A stretch of 64,000 nucleotides of DNA from Balanoglossus misakiensis. Lineage: Eukaryota; Animalia; Hemichordata. The position numbers and the translations under genes were made by a program. The notes under the pieces were generated by a model. The model searched no databases and was not told the DNA's origin. It worked only from the letters and a program-made list of their open reading frames with translations. Location of the stretch: contig CM082597.2 of NCBI GenBank assembly GCA_040954595.2, positions 8,461,678-8,525,677 of the forward strand, read 5' to 3'. Shown here one piece after another: positions 25,401-38,809 of the stretch (positions within the stretch are counted from its first letter, which is position 1; the number at the start of each line of letters is the position of its first letter).

Positions 25401-28400
25401 TCACTCTGTCTGATTGTCGGTCTCGGCTTTTCACCAATGCCCGGAAAATATGAAGTGAGTTTCATTTCTTGTAACCATTGTTAGAAAATGATGAATGGAA
25501 AATGTTGAAGAGATAATGGAGACCTATCTTTCCACTTCTAATTCAGCGTATCATTCAACAGTTGGATAGGTCCAATACTCGAAGTTTCTCTTAGCTACAT
25601 GTAAGACATTTGACGGTTACCGATAATTTGCATGATTTGTGAAAACAAACGAACTGTAGTTGACATATTTTCGATACTCTTAATAATTGCAAGGGCCCAT
25701 GTTTCTGCATCGGATATGACTATTGTATTTACATCATTGGATGTAGATATTGAACGTGGACGGTGTTGTGATGGAAACTGATGTCACAGAATGATCTTGG
25801 TTAAAACAACAAAATATAATACCCTTTGCTAATAAAATTCTTCCTTTAAATATACATGTATAACTTTTCTTTGAAAGGTCAGAGGTTAAAGTGTCCAACT
25901 TGTCAATTACACTAATACCCTGGAAAAATAAAAGAAAATTATTTAGTACGTGGCTTTATAGCTTTATATGGAACCATTCAGTATGTAGCTTTAGTTGTCA
26001 CAAAATAGTCATATCGATATTCTATAAGGACCTTTGATAAACGAGTAAAGACAATTACATAGTATGTGGTTTATAGCATTATGTGAAATTATTTTAGAAT
26101 GTAGCATTAGGGACCGTTCAGTTTTTACGGCCGGGGGGGGGGGGGCGGCAAAATCCAGGGGGGGGGGTCACTTAAAATTTGAAGTCCAAAAGGGGGGGGC
26201 ATCTGTTATTTTTAAACGTTTAGGGGGGGGGGGTCACATACTTTTGCCACCGAACTTTTACTTTTGAGTCCACAAAATTGCAGTTTCGCGCCCTTTATTT
26301 TACAAAATTTTCTCATGTGGGAGGGGGTGTCCCACACCCACCCCCGTCATTCTCCGTCACATTTCGTTTTTTGCTGGTTTGTCTAGTGTACCAGGGAAGA
26401 GTGCTTGCCACCCCAAACCCACTGATGATAATATTTAACAAAGTAAATACATAAAGGAGGATAATCGTTTAAACCATTTCGCAAAACTGATACTTTCGCG
26501 CTGCATCTTCTATATACTAGAAGTGTTATAAATGATGTCATGACGAAGATGACGCCAAATCTTCTAACTTTGAGAGGAGTGGCAAAAAGTTAAATTGGTC
26601 CTCCCAAACATTGAGATAATTTGCTTTTGAGTTCATAAAAATGCAACTTTGAGCTACATATTTTACAAAATGTTCTTATGTGGGAGGGGGACACCCCCTC
26701 CCACACCCACCCCCTCCATTCTTCGCCACATATCATTTAGTCGCTGGTTTGTCTAGTGTACCAGAGCAGACTTCTTCCCACCCCACCCCCGATGTTTACT
26801 TTGAGTGGAGTGCCAAAATTAAAATTTGTCCTGCCTAACATTGAGTTAAATTGCGTTTGAGTTCATTAAAATGCAACTTTGAGCACCGTATTTTACAAAA
26901 TTTTCTTATGTGGGAGGGGGACACCCCCTCCCACGCCCACACCCGCCACTTTTCTTGTTTTACCAATTCTAGCAACTATTGTATTGACTTGTCATTTTAT
27001 TTTGTTCATAGATTTCTTTATTGCAACGATATACTATTATATACTTCAATTACTTTAAGAAATTTATAATTGAGGTGTGAGGAGCCTCATTCCCTTTATT
27101 GCATACAGTGTACATAGGATCAGGACGGCGAATGTTTTCGGCGTGGGGGGGGGTCATCACATTTTTGGGCCTGTCAAAGGGGGGAGTCATCATTTTTTGG
27201 TGCTGAGTGAAGGGGGGGGGGGTCGGCCTGATTTTGAAAACCAATGACTCAAACTTGCCAGCCCCCCCCCCCCCAGCCGTAAAAACTGAACGGTCCCTTA
27301 GTTGTCAAAAAATGTTCTGTCTCTTCAGTGGATTTCGCCAACTTGTGGCTTTATACAAGACAGTGCATTGCGTCAGTCTCAAATGATTTGAACCTTTCTT
27401 ACCACATCTGTTGTTCTGAATTCATCTTCACTTATCTTGACCAAGCTCTCCCGCAGCAGAAGTAAGTCATCATCTGAATGTTGCAAATGAAAAAGACAGA
27501 TGATGTGAGAGGTGCCAAAATATTATGTGTTGTATTTCTAAAATTGAGAAGGCATTCGTGACTTCAAAATAGTACATGAATATATAACATATTCAGGGGA
27601 CATCTTTACTCCGTTGTCAACAACCTTCTTTCATGTCAAGACAGTCATAAATAATTTCAATGCCATGCATTCCTTTATCTGTGTATACTAATGAAATTGG
27701 TAAAAATAATCTCATACAAAAGTCATCGCGACATTAAACGCTCGAATCATGCAAATATTGTCCATGAAACATTCGGATATAATAATTCGACCCCCTTTGT
27801 ATGTACACGGCACTAAGATGACACATGCAAAGGCAAGCAGACGAATATGGTCTTCAAACAACTTGACTATTATTTATAGTTTCACTTAGTTTTAACCCTA
27901 TATAACCCAACGGAATGTTCATGTCCACACTGGAGTTTAGGCGCTGCAATAGTTACAGTCATTGTTCCTTCTCTTCCTATACACTGCAGGACCATCATTT
28001 AGCCGTCTTGTGGCGGAACAATACAACTTTTGTTTCAATTATCCATTTACCGAAAGCAACAAGAGATGGTCCATTACACATACAGGCATTTCCAATGTGA
28101 CTTCCTTCCAACGCGGATAAATGTAATTACCATGTGTATGCATTTGTCGATTTTCCATGTATCATGGCATATGTTGAATGTATACACGCCACAAAACTAC
28201 AAAGGTGGTCAACTATGCAGGAAAAGAAAATTTATAAACGAGATTTATCGCTGATGTCTCAAAATACTTACCGTTATCCTCGCAAACTAAATTCATTGGA
28301 TTATCACAGTAGCCAGTGAACCATTTACATTTACTTGAGTTACACCTGTATAAAGATTCACTGTTCAACGCTTATTGAAGTTTACAATGTTTCCAATGAT

Positions 28401-31132
28401 CAATATACGGTGTGTAGAATGATCTCTATAGAATGGCCTTATGACCAACCTGCACAGTTGGCATTATCGAACAAAAATCATTAAACGTGCAGCCATACCC
28501 TGGCTATTTTTTCCAAAATTGTTGAATATTTAAGTCAAATTTGGTATGGACATGGTTCCCATAAATTTCTTACATCCACTGTCTATTGTTCTGTAAGGCC
28601 CATGTTGGAATGATATTGCAATCAGCGTTAGCTGTAAAGCATCATGCTCAAATTGTGCTTTGCAATTCAGACGATATAGCAGGTAAAATTAGTTACCAAA
28701 ACATAGTACTTAAACTTGCCAAAATACCAGAAATAATGCAAAGATATTGATTTTCAGCAGCATATTGTAACCTTTGGGATACGAAAACGAAACAATACAC
28801 ACTTATTCAAATCATTCAACTGCCATCATTTCTCCTATGCAATCTCCTATGAAAGTTCCAACGCTATAACAGTTAACGCCATGAAAGCAATGACAAACTA
28901 TATCTTTTGTCTGGCACTGTGGACAATGGTTTGAACCGACTCACTTTACGTAAATACATGATCCGACGTCAAGATTCTGGTTGGGAGCAAAACGCGTATG
29001 TTCCAATATCTCACCGCTGCTTGTCTTCACAGAGCCATCTGCCGTGACGGTGGCATCAATCCATAATTCTTGCTTCCGTCGACCGCAAATAAAGGACACA
29101 CAGTACTGGTCGATTTTCCATTCAGTGGTATCAGTTAGAAGACGCATCCCAAACTTCTCACATAGCTGGTATGTAGCCTTCATACCATTCCGTGTGGTAG
29201 TTAGGTCGAAAGATGCTGTAGATTAGAAAACAACGCTCGTTCTTTCCCGTCAAATCCCTTGTAAAGCAAAACACGTTCCAAATCGTCCGTTGCACGAATA
29301 ATCATTTTGCGGGGGAAAGTGAAATAAAACTAAGTGCAAAAGTCGGAAAATCCAATCTTTTAGGAGTTGGGTCTCTAGCCGATAAATCCAGCCTGCTTGG
29401 AAGCCTTATAGCCCTACGTGTTCCCGTCGTGGCGGCGGTGTAACGCCAGGAACACACATACCTGCACGCGGGGCTAGGAAGCCCTACAAGTTCACCAGTA
29501 AGATCGCAATGTTCCTCAGTATCAGAATTTGTCTTGCCTTTTACAACTAGTTTCCGTGGTTACGCGTAAATTTTATTTAAAAACTTAACCACAACATAAT
29601 GTCGAAATTTATGAACATGTAGGGCTATTGTAGGTAATATCGAAAATCCCCCTCCCCCCCTCGCGTGTCATGAGACATATGCCTACCGGTAATCCGTTTC
29701 CCGATGCGCGCCTGTCACTTGCCCGCCTCCGATGTTGTCAAACTCCTGAAACGAACTTTCAGCTGGCCCGGGCGGCCGTAAAAGCAATGCGAACTTGACA
29801 TTCACTTATATATGAACATCACATTGAATTGAATGCATGTACTTTAAGAATAAAACTACAGATATTGTTACAATTGCAATAAATGTCAAGATCAATTGCC
29901 TATTTTTCTCCATATCTGGTTATGTCGTGTTTTTGTATCTCCCACAAACAGAGAAAAATGACCAGTATAGGTCTAGTTTGTCCAGTGATATAAACATGTT
30001 GTAGAATGCAAAATACAACAACATGAAACTTATGTGCAAAGAACTTCAATAAACTATAACTTACTTGCATTTTCACATAAAATGGGATGTCTCATCAAAC
30101 AGTCAAGATAGCCCCACTGTTTATTTCTGTGAATTAAAAAGTTATGAAAGTATATTAACGTTTCACCACGCCAGTCAACCCGTGCATCTCTCAAACTATA
30201 GAGAAACGTTTTCTACATTTTCCCCTCAATTTGATTAAAACCCGGAGATAATTGAGAATTAGGTGAACTTGATCTAAAAAAATATAAAAAAATAAACAAA
30301 TGTGGTAAAATATTGCACCACATTTTGGTGTTCAAAGTTAACGATGAGACGAAACTGGAATATCTCAAACTTGCAGAATGAAATTTCCCATAAACTCGAG
30401 GTATATGGGGGTGCAATTGCCAATAATGTTCTTCAGTCTGAAGACATTGCCAATTGCAACATCTGGATCTCATTCAAATGTAAATCTATTCTGTCCCTAC
30501 TGATATATTTCAAAGATGGCATACCTCTGCACTTGATTCCCTGTGGTTGATATAAGTTAAGCAATATTAAAATGACAACACAAAAACATTATTTTTCATA
30601 TTTAAATATATTGTCCAAACGCTCAACTCACTTCAGTGAGGCGCACTTTCCTAATTTCCTTTCAACCTGCGGCTTGTACATGTAGGTCAAAATGTCCCCG
30701 TCTCTTGTGACTACGTTTCCGTTGTCAATTAACTGTCCATCTATCCAGAACCACTTGCCTGAGATGCTTCGTTCCTTTAAAGTTTTTACTATAGCTGCGT
30801 GTTTTTCTTCGCTGTCCACTTTAACAAGGCGAAGACCTAATCGCTCACAAAAATTGTAAGCTGTAGCGTGATCCGTCCACCCGTAAACGATGTTGCAATC
30901 TGGATATCAAATCGTTAATCTTATTACAATCATACATGAAACAATGATAACATTCATGAGCTTCTGTTTTGAGGAACTTCAAACTTTCTGAACACGCCAA
31001 ACACAAAATTAGTGTCTTACCTGCTTGCTGCAGTAAAGTCATCGACAACATCACGAATGCAGCGACGAGCGTTAACTTCAAAGGTATTTCACGACAGTCT
31101 TGTAACATTTTACAGCTTCTCAGGCACGCCAT
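22470..31132 (-). CDS. Copy C: polycystin-1/REJ-like ectodomain-only protein (leader, two CTLDs, helical stalk, GAIN, GPS). Exons: 31021-31132, 30632-30899, 30065-30126, 28945-29215, 28272-28345, 27403-27473, (possible about 25860-25919), 25655-25777, 25030-25440, 24623-24731, 24127-24245, 23546-23774, 22918-23003, 22470-22577
   Basis: Phase-compatible exons. PKD1-type GAIN motifs: PIIVNTSSLVLHL and FRFGGNPH..TTDILTLEFRDEDGNEIKVKN. GPS motif: CSYFDGNNWQNDGCKV..STLCLCNHLTVFSA, followed by TAG at 22470-22472. The acceptor before 25440 reads ttccgg rather than ttccag, so that junction is uncertain. Confidence 0.8.
26110..27297. mobile_element. PIF/Harbinger-type MITE, copy 3 (TSD TTA), in an intron of copy C
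   Basis: tta-gggaccgttcagtttttacgg ... ccgtaaaaactgaacggtccc-tta. Confidence 0.9.
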
Positions 31133-31479
31133 GGTTGCGAGTTTGCGGCTAATCTGCGAGCATTTTATGAACCAACATCTCAGAAAGAGATTAGGGGCTA
31201 AATGGAGATGCTACGCCGTGTTACTTTATTTGTGCGTAATACCAGCTACCGCCTGGGGTTGTTCGGACCAACCAACCGGAACGTTGATGCGTCAATTGCC
31301 CCAACTCCTACACGCTTTGTCGAGTCAGTTCATCACAGGCCTTGCATCAGGATAATAATAATAATATCATAGATAACATATAATGATCATTATTGACACT
31401 GTACAGTAAACGCTGAAGACACCGTATACCGTATACGACAACGCTTTGAACATTAATTCATTTAACTGATGTGTTATTG

Positions 31480-31730
31480 AGAAATGTGAATGGTTCACTG
31501 GCGACTGTAATATAAAATAGAACGTGTTCGCGAGGATAACAGTTAAAGCATTCTTGATACGTCAGCAAAAAGTTGAAATCATACGTGTTCACTTTACTGC
31601 ATATTTGACCACCTGTATATAGTCCTGCCGTGTGCATACTTTCAATATGCCATTATACATGGAACTTAGACAAAGGCATACTCATGATAAATGCATTTAC
31701 CCACGTGTAAGGAAGAGGCATTCAAAATGT
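31480..31730 (+). pseudogene. Inverted, decayed copy of exon 5 plus intron 5 of the CTLD-GAIN family
   Basis: aaatgtgaatggttcactggcgactgt..gcgaggataac matches copy C exon 5 (KCKWFTGYC..CEDN) on the opposite strand, with an internal TAG. The intron-5 homology continues downstream. Confidence 0.65.
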
Positions 31731-33006
31731 TTAATGTTTAATTGATGGTTCGGCATCTCGCGATGAATCTTGTATGAGATTTTCCACCCTATTTCATTAA
31801 GTACTCACCAGTTAATGCGTGACTTTACTCTTTATGTATTAATGACTGTCATAAAATGAAAAGGAACGAATGAATATGAAACTTGTTGCTCCCGGTTTTG
31901 GATAAATTAAACAAAAGTGGTATTAATCATCAAAGTGTCATAACCAGCGGACATTATGTAAAAAACATTTGTCGGACCCAGTTAAAGGAAATTCAGCATA
32001 TTGTCTCGAAACACATTTTTCTCTTGAATGCACATTCGATATATATGTTTAATGCCTTGCCTTTAACGCCTTCTTCACATAAGTTTTCCCAGATATCTAC
32101 ATTTAAAAATTGATCGTCTGCCACTGTGTAGAGAATGCAAAATTTTCTAAAGCTTTGTAACAAACCTCATCAAGGAATAGTTATTTGATAGTCTCGTCGT
32201 GTCTTCATTTAATGATGAGAAACATTCGTAGAGTCTGTCTGGTCAGGGTGGCGGTTGGGATGTAGGAGAGACGGGGACACGTGTAGAGTATAAAATTCAA
32301 CGCCGATGACTTTATTAGCTCTGCTGTCACTTGGGTCAGCAGAGCTGTAGCAGTAGGTTGATAAGTGTCCGTCCGTCGTCCGTCGTCTGTCTTCCATCGT
32401 CCGTCGTTTAATGTTTAATGTTTAATGTTTAATTGATGGTTCTGCATCTCGTGATGAATCTTGTATGAGATTTTCCACCCTATTTCATTAAGTACTCACC
32501 AGTTAATGCGTGACTTTACTATTTATGTATTAATGACTGTCATAAAATGAAAAGGAACGAATGAATATGAAACTTGTTGCTCCCGGTTATTGGATAAATT
32601 AAACAAAAGTGGTATTAATCATCAAAGTGTCATAACCAGCGGACATTATGTATAAAACATTTGCCGGACCCAGTTAAGGGAAATTCAGCATATTGTCTCG
32701 AAACACATTTTTCTCTTGAATGCACATTCGATATATATGTTTAATGTCTTGCCTTTAACGCCTTCTTCACATAAGTTTTCCCAGATATCTACATTTAAAA
32801 ATTTATCGTCTGCCACTGTGTAGAGAATGCAAACTTTTCTAAAGCTTTGTAACAAACCTCATCAAGGAATAGTTATTTGATAGTCTCGTCGTGTCTTCAT
32901 TCAATGATGAGAAACATTCGTAGAGTCTGTCTGGTCAGGGTTGCCGTTGGGATGTAGGAGAGACGGGGACACATGTAGAGTATAACATTCAACGCCTATG
33001 ACTTTA
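31725..33006 (+). repeat. Local tandem duplication of about 590 bp (31725-32312 and 32410-33006) separated by a HINE/Helentron-like 5' end
   Basis: Near-identical copies. The spacer 32311-32408 is ttattagctctgctg..cagcagagct (hairpin) followed by a (gtcc/gtc)n microsatellite. Confidence 0.85.
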
Positions 33007-33236
33007 TTTTAAAAAGGACCGGCCATAGACATACAGGACAAGATTTGTAGTCCAGCCTTGACCAATAAAGAACCGCGCTCAAAAGATATCTACTTGCTAC
33101 AAATTATGACAAAAATCATTCAATGATACAAGTCATATTTGAAAAGACATCTAAAATAATCTTGAACAACAAACCATAACTTCTGCAGAATGCGTTTCGT
33201 GTTGTCACCTGTTAGGACCAATCGAACGCCCCTGTG

Positions 33237-33298
33237 CTAAACGTGGCATCGTCCATCAGATGTGACGATTTCCACAATTGTCTTGAAAGCACTCAGTG
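33237..33298 (-). pseudogene. Fragment of the terminal GPS exon of a further paralog (..LSAFKTIVEIVTSDGRCHV*)
   Basis: Aligns with copy C LTVFSAMVGVVESDGRFHV* including the stop position. It is truncated at a poly-T run at 33299. Confidence 0.75.
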
Positions 33299-35743
33299 TT
33301 TTTTTTTTTCGTATTGTGGGTATTTGGACTCACTAGCAAGGAATTGTGGGTAGTTGATGTTAAATTCAAGGATAGTAATACAGAACTATACATTTAAAGA
33401 CTTTCTAACAAAACATATCAGATATATTCTCATAAGATATATAAAATACTGCTATTCATACACGATATAAAATACATTTTTAGAATACTTGTGTGTATTT
33501 GAATACAAGTACATTGGTTAGAATATTACCAGTGGTATAAATTTTTGTATATAATTTTTTTTTCTTGACAGCCAAAAAGCTTTGAGAGAAGAATTTGTTT
33601 AAGGCAAACTGTAGTTAATAAGAAATAATTTTGCAAAATACGTTCATGATTTATAAAAGTGACTCCTACTTCATTTGTTTTTACCGTAAAGATCCAAATT
33701 GATTGATTGGATATTTCTAGTTTGTAATCAATATTGAAAAAACTGGCTACCATTAATTTTCAGCAACTATTGAGTGTAGTGTTCATCTTCCCATATGGTC
33801 ACACTGTGAACAGCGCCCCAACTGGCCAGAATGTCAACACATCTGCCCAAATTCCAGGCGGACATTACAAGACTGTGGTCGATCAATCTGGTCATCATGT
33901 TTTGTCCCATATTCGTTTGTTGGCTGCACGTTTTGGACAAAGCACACAGTTTCAAACTATGTGCATGATCTAGCGTCCTGATGATAACAACTTTGAACTG
34001 AAAGATTCTGTGGAGATTTAGTCACATGGGTGTGTTACCATCAGCCAATCAGAAGTCTCAGATTCACTGCTTTATTCTTCACTACAGACACATCAAGCCA
34101 TTAAACATAGGGTTTGTTTTGGCACGGAATGTAATTTGTAACTTCTATTCTCAGAAATAAATTGTTATGATATGCCACTATCATTGCCTGTAATCTCACT
34201 ACAGCATACCTGCAGCATACCACATGCATTACTTTGATAGAGCGCCCTCTAGCAGAGTTCATATGACATTGTAAGGTCATGTTTTTCCCGCGTTGTTCAT
34301 GGCTGCCATCTTGTTTTAGCAGAACGTACTAGTTGTTGTGTCCGTGTTCCAGTTGAAGTTTCTCATTAAACGAGTTATACAAAACGTTACCTGATCTCAC
34401 CGAGTCAGCAAACATAACATAAATATAATCAATTGAATATATTTCATTTTCACAGATTGTTTCAGTGCAATGTTGCTGCGGTTTGGAAAAAAAACAAAAC
34501 GCGTGATCGCGGCTACTTTGCCATTTCTGTGTAAATTTGTGATTGTAAGAAATCAACTTGTTGCACATGAAAACTACTTTTACCAAATCTTCGCTAACAA
34601 GTTTTACAGACAATAGACATTCTAAAGCCATATGTCTTAGTTTTTTGTGTTTTATTGTTGACATGAAAACCATGACACATCTGGAAAAAAATCTTGATAT
34701 AAAGTAAAATGTACTCTGGAATTTAGAAAATAAACATTTACAACTACTGTGTCTACTGACCCTCAAGGGACAAGGGTGTTTCACTTCTGTTGCAATGTCA
34801 TTTCCATTGACACAAGTTCAGTTGCCAGTTAGCTATTCATTACACATAATAGCAAGACATAACAGTTTGTTTACGTCTGGGTGTGTTTAATATTAACAAT
34901 AAAGGCTGTCCCTTATATGTTCAGAATATGTTGATTCCAGTAATTACAAAAAAACATATCAATTTAGTTTCAATTGTAGCAACTGTTATGATTTATCTGA
35001 GCTGAGACAACATCTCTGCTTTGAAGATTTGTTTTGTGGCATCAAAACACAAAGTGAGTTTCCTATGAAGACAACATTCAGAAAGATTTTCAGGTAGGCT
35101 TGGAGGAATAAATGCTATCCAAATATGCGTTAGAGTACAGGTATAAAAATCTCTCATAACTACCCATCATGCATCAGTCAGACTGTGCTACTTGTATCAT
35201 AGAGCAAAACTAGCAAAAATATCCAAATATCAAAGTTGTCTGTTGAAAAGTTTTATACAATACCATATAACTTTTAAATAGCTTCCAGGAATATTGTAAT
35301 ACAGTGAGTGTTCAATGGGGAAATGTACATAGATAGCGTGAAAACATTCTAGACATTTGATGAGCACAAAGTGAAAAGACACTGATAGAGTTATGATATC
35401 AAGTCAAAATGGATTGCAACAGTAATTGCCACTGTAACTGGACATGCTGGTAGTAGAAACAACATTGGTTAGACTTTATGGTTGAACCCTGTGACTTGAC
35501 AAGCATTTGCAGACACTGTACAGGCCATCCAGATGAAACCACATTAGAAACAACACCAAAACATGCTAACATACTAAGTGACTTGGCAAACAACTGATAT
35601 CAGCCATATGTGGTTTAATTTCCAGCCATCGATGACAGCGCGAGACTTCATTCTGACCTTTCCACCCCCGACCGTATGGTTCAGCCCAATGTTTTCAATG
35701 GTATGGTTTAACCATATACTAGAAATGGGGTGAAAGTCTCTCT

Positions 35744-35870
35744 CTATGTTCTATTTTGTTGTGAAGCTATTAACTTAATAATTCTTCTTCCCAAGTGGGC
35801 ATTGTGTTGTTGCAGGTATCTAATCATATCAGCTTGCTTCTCCAAAATATCATCCACCTGATTACTATCC
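35744..35870 (-). CDS. TMEM192: Terminal coding exon of a TMEM192-like lysosomal membrane protein
   Basis: Acceptor tgttacag, phase 2. Translation (R)DSNQVDDILEKQADMIRYLQQHNAHLGRRIIKLIASQQNRT* matches, from memory, the conserved TMEM192 C-terminal motif (EKQ.D.I.YL..HNA.L..R.L.L). Confidence 0.75.
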
Positions 35871-36032
35871 CTGTAACAAACACAATACAAAAACACTCAT
35901 TAAAATCACGCATTTACTTCAATTCCAAACCAAGGTAGCAATTTGACGCGCTCGCCCTTTGTGTGTGGCTGGGCAGCAGGTGTCTGCCGATGTCAAACTG
36001 CCATAGCTGTAGTATACTATATCTACAGTATA

Positions 36033-36197
36033 GAGTCAAACCTGTATTAGTGGCTACCTCTATATAGTGGCCACTTTGTTACAGTCCCTGTGCAATTTAC
36101 ATATGCATTAATTGACCTGTATATAGAGGCCATTATCTGTCTATAAAGGCCAGTTCAGGAGAGTCCCTTAACTGGCCTCTATAGACAGGTTCGACTG
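36033..36197. mobile_element. Tc1/mariner (pogo/Tigger-like) MITE, TA TSD
   Basis: ta-gagtcaaacctgt ... acaggttcgactg-ta. Confidence 0.7.
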
Positions 36198-36499
36198 TAC
36201 TACAGCAGATCGACATCATCAGGCACCTGTGCATGGGTCCTAATATAATGTAATTGTTGTAACTGTGGCCAAAACAAATTTGCTGGCATACCAAATCCCC
36301 ACCCCAGAAATCAAATGGTTAATCTCCCCTAAGAAACAATACAACATATTTATTCCACATAAAGTGTAGAAAGAATTGTTATCATACAATCAGCCACTGA
36401 CTCACACAGTAACCTGCAAGATAGGCCAGCTCTTTCATTTTCTGTCAAAGTTTGCAACTGTTATCTTTGTGTAAAGAATTGTCCATTGTGTTAATTCCA

Positions 36500-38588
36500 G
36501 AACTTTTGACCTCAACTTGTGGGTGGATTCAACACCCCAACCAGTTGAAAAACAGCTGTACTAGCCGAGATAAGAAGCGAATAGAAATTGGTGACTGACA
36601 GTTCAATCAAAAACTGTTTATATAGGAAATAAAGCCAAATGAAATGAAAACTCATTTCATATTGGGCCCCTTCTGTTATTGCTGGAGTTTTTCTTCTTTC
36701 TTCTTGAGTCGTCTTTTTGCTCCCTTTTTTTCTCAAAAATCCCTGGACCTACGCCTATGAAACTTGGCACGGTGGTTGGGGCCCATGAGTACTGGTGCAC
36801 CTGCCCTTTGAATTTGTAATTAGTCACGTGACTTGGTGGCTATAATCGAGCGAAATTTTCAAATTGACCTAATTTGCACGTTAATGGGGACATGTACATT
36901 CTTTTCGCGATGTTTGTATACCATGTGGCCAAAATCCCCTGTGCCAAATTTCAAGGTCCTAGGCCACGTCGATTTTGAGAAGAAGATTTTTGTAATATTT
37001 TTCGCATTTTTTGGTGGGCTGAGGATGAACACTGGGGCATCGGTCATTACATAATGTTGTGGAAGTCTCAATAGCAGGGTACTCACTTCTGGCGGGTTGC
37101 AGTAGTCCTTGGAAAATCGGCTGAAATACGTAAACAGACCAGTGGTTATTTTCCACAGAATGAATTTTGGGACAACACATTATCGGAGTTCAGGCTGTGA
37201 GGGCGTTTTATTGAATTACGCTGAGTTTGTTAGCTGTTGCCGTTATATGTGTCTACGCAGACCCGGCTACACTGTACTTGATAGTAGTTCGGGAAATCGG
37301 CCGAAATATACGTCAGCAGACCAATGATACTAGCAATAATCAGAGATCAGGCTTCGTTGCTGTTGAAAAGTTCCTACTTCAGTCGTGACGTTGCAACTGG
37401 GCGTTCAGTATGGGGTTCGGCCCGCAGGTGGCCTTGGGGGTTATCAGGTCGCCCGTAATGGCACGCAGCTTCATGCAGCTGTATGGGACCAAAATAATAC
37501 GCCCAATTCGGGGGTCACCTGTGACACCTGCTTAACTCAATTATGTGCATGCGTAATTGTGGGGTCAATGAAAGGGATGCTAGCGTGGTATTTGTTCACA
37601 TGGATCAATATGAAGTCCGATTTTCCTGTCAAGTTGTGGGCGACCTTATGTGACATTTCACCTACTTTTGCTTAGTGAATGACAGCAGATGCATGCAGCT
37701 TTGGCGTAGGGAGGATATACGGATGGGACCATAATGATATACCAAAGGCGGGGTCACCTGTTGCACCTGCCTAAGTCATTGATTTTGTACATTTAATTGG
37801 ACACTAACCAACGGGGCGATATGTGTGTTTTTTGTTCCACAGGGACAAATGTAAGTGTCAGTTGGTTTTTGCCCGAATGTATAAGGTGATTTGGATGACC
37901 TCTGTCGTACAGTGCCATATCTCAGCCTGTTGTACAGGTGCAGCTTTGGTATTTGGAGGGATGAAAGTATCATGAAATGCCAAATACAGGGGGATACCTG
38001 TGACACCTGCTGGATTCATATATTACGTGCATACCTAATGGTGGGCAAAGTGAAAGGGCTGCAAATGTAGGATTTGTTGCACATGACATAAACAGGAATG
38101 AAAATTTTTTGTCAAATTTTGGGGTGACCTCAGGTGTCCATTGACCTGCTTTACATATGTTAGCATGCACATCATATATAGTCAGGTGTTTGGAGGGGTA
38201 GGGTAGGACCCTCATGAAATGCTAAATTCCTGGGGCCACCTGTAACTTACTTGCGTAACTCATTATTATGGCCATACCTAATTTGACAAACCCAAAGGGC
38301 GAGAATTTTCCGTTGTCTTGAATATGAACCAAATAGGAATCCAAATTTTTGGGTACCCTCAGCTGACCTTTGAAGTACTTACTGAAGTACTTACATAACG
38401 TAGAAGTTCACTTTTGGTTGTTGTGTTTGTACTTGTAGGACATCCATTTCGGGTGGTTGCCTACTTCCCCATATCTCCACATCCAGAGCAAATACAGCCT
38501 ACACATTTGAATGGTACAACCCTGAATAGAGTCTTATGATTATTATCCCTATGCTTGGGCCCCTTCAATGCTGCTTGCAGCTTTAATT
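36500..38588 (+). mobile_element. Non-coding interspersed repeat with internal degenerate sub-repeats (Helentron/HINE-like); left boundary approximate
   Basis: Recurring ggggtcacctgtgacacctgc motifs. The 3' end (gggccccttcaatgctgcttgcagctttaat) is shared over about 250 bp with 47260-47521. Confidence 0.55.
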
Positions 38589-38809
38589 ACAATCAATGTC
38601 TCCTGATGACCATATGACGGTGCACCTTTGTCAAAGCGATTGTCAAAGTGAAAATGTTCGATTTAGCTGCACAGTGGTTACACTTGCACCAATGACTGTA
38701 TTCCGTAACCGTGTTTTGTTGTCGTTCACATATGTCGAGCGTGCCAGGAATATAACTTGGCGACCAATTTACATGAGTAAAAATGGTGTTTGTTCCACGT
38801 TTATTTCAG

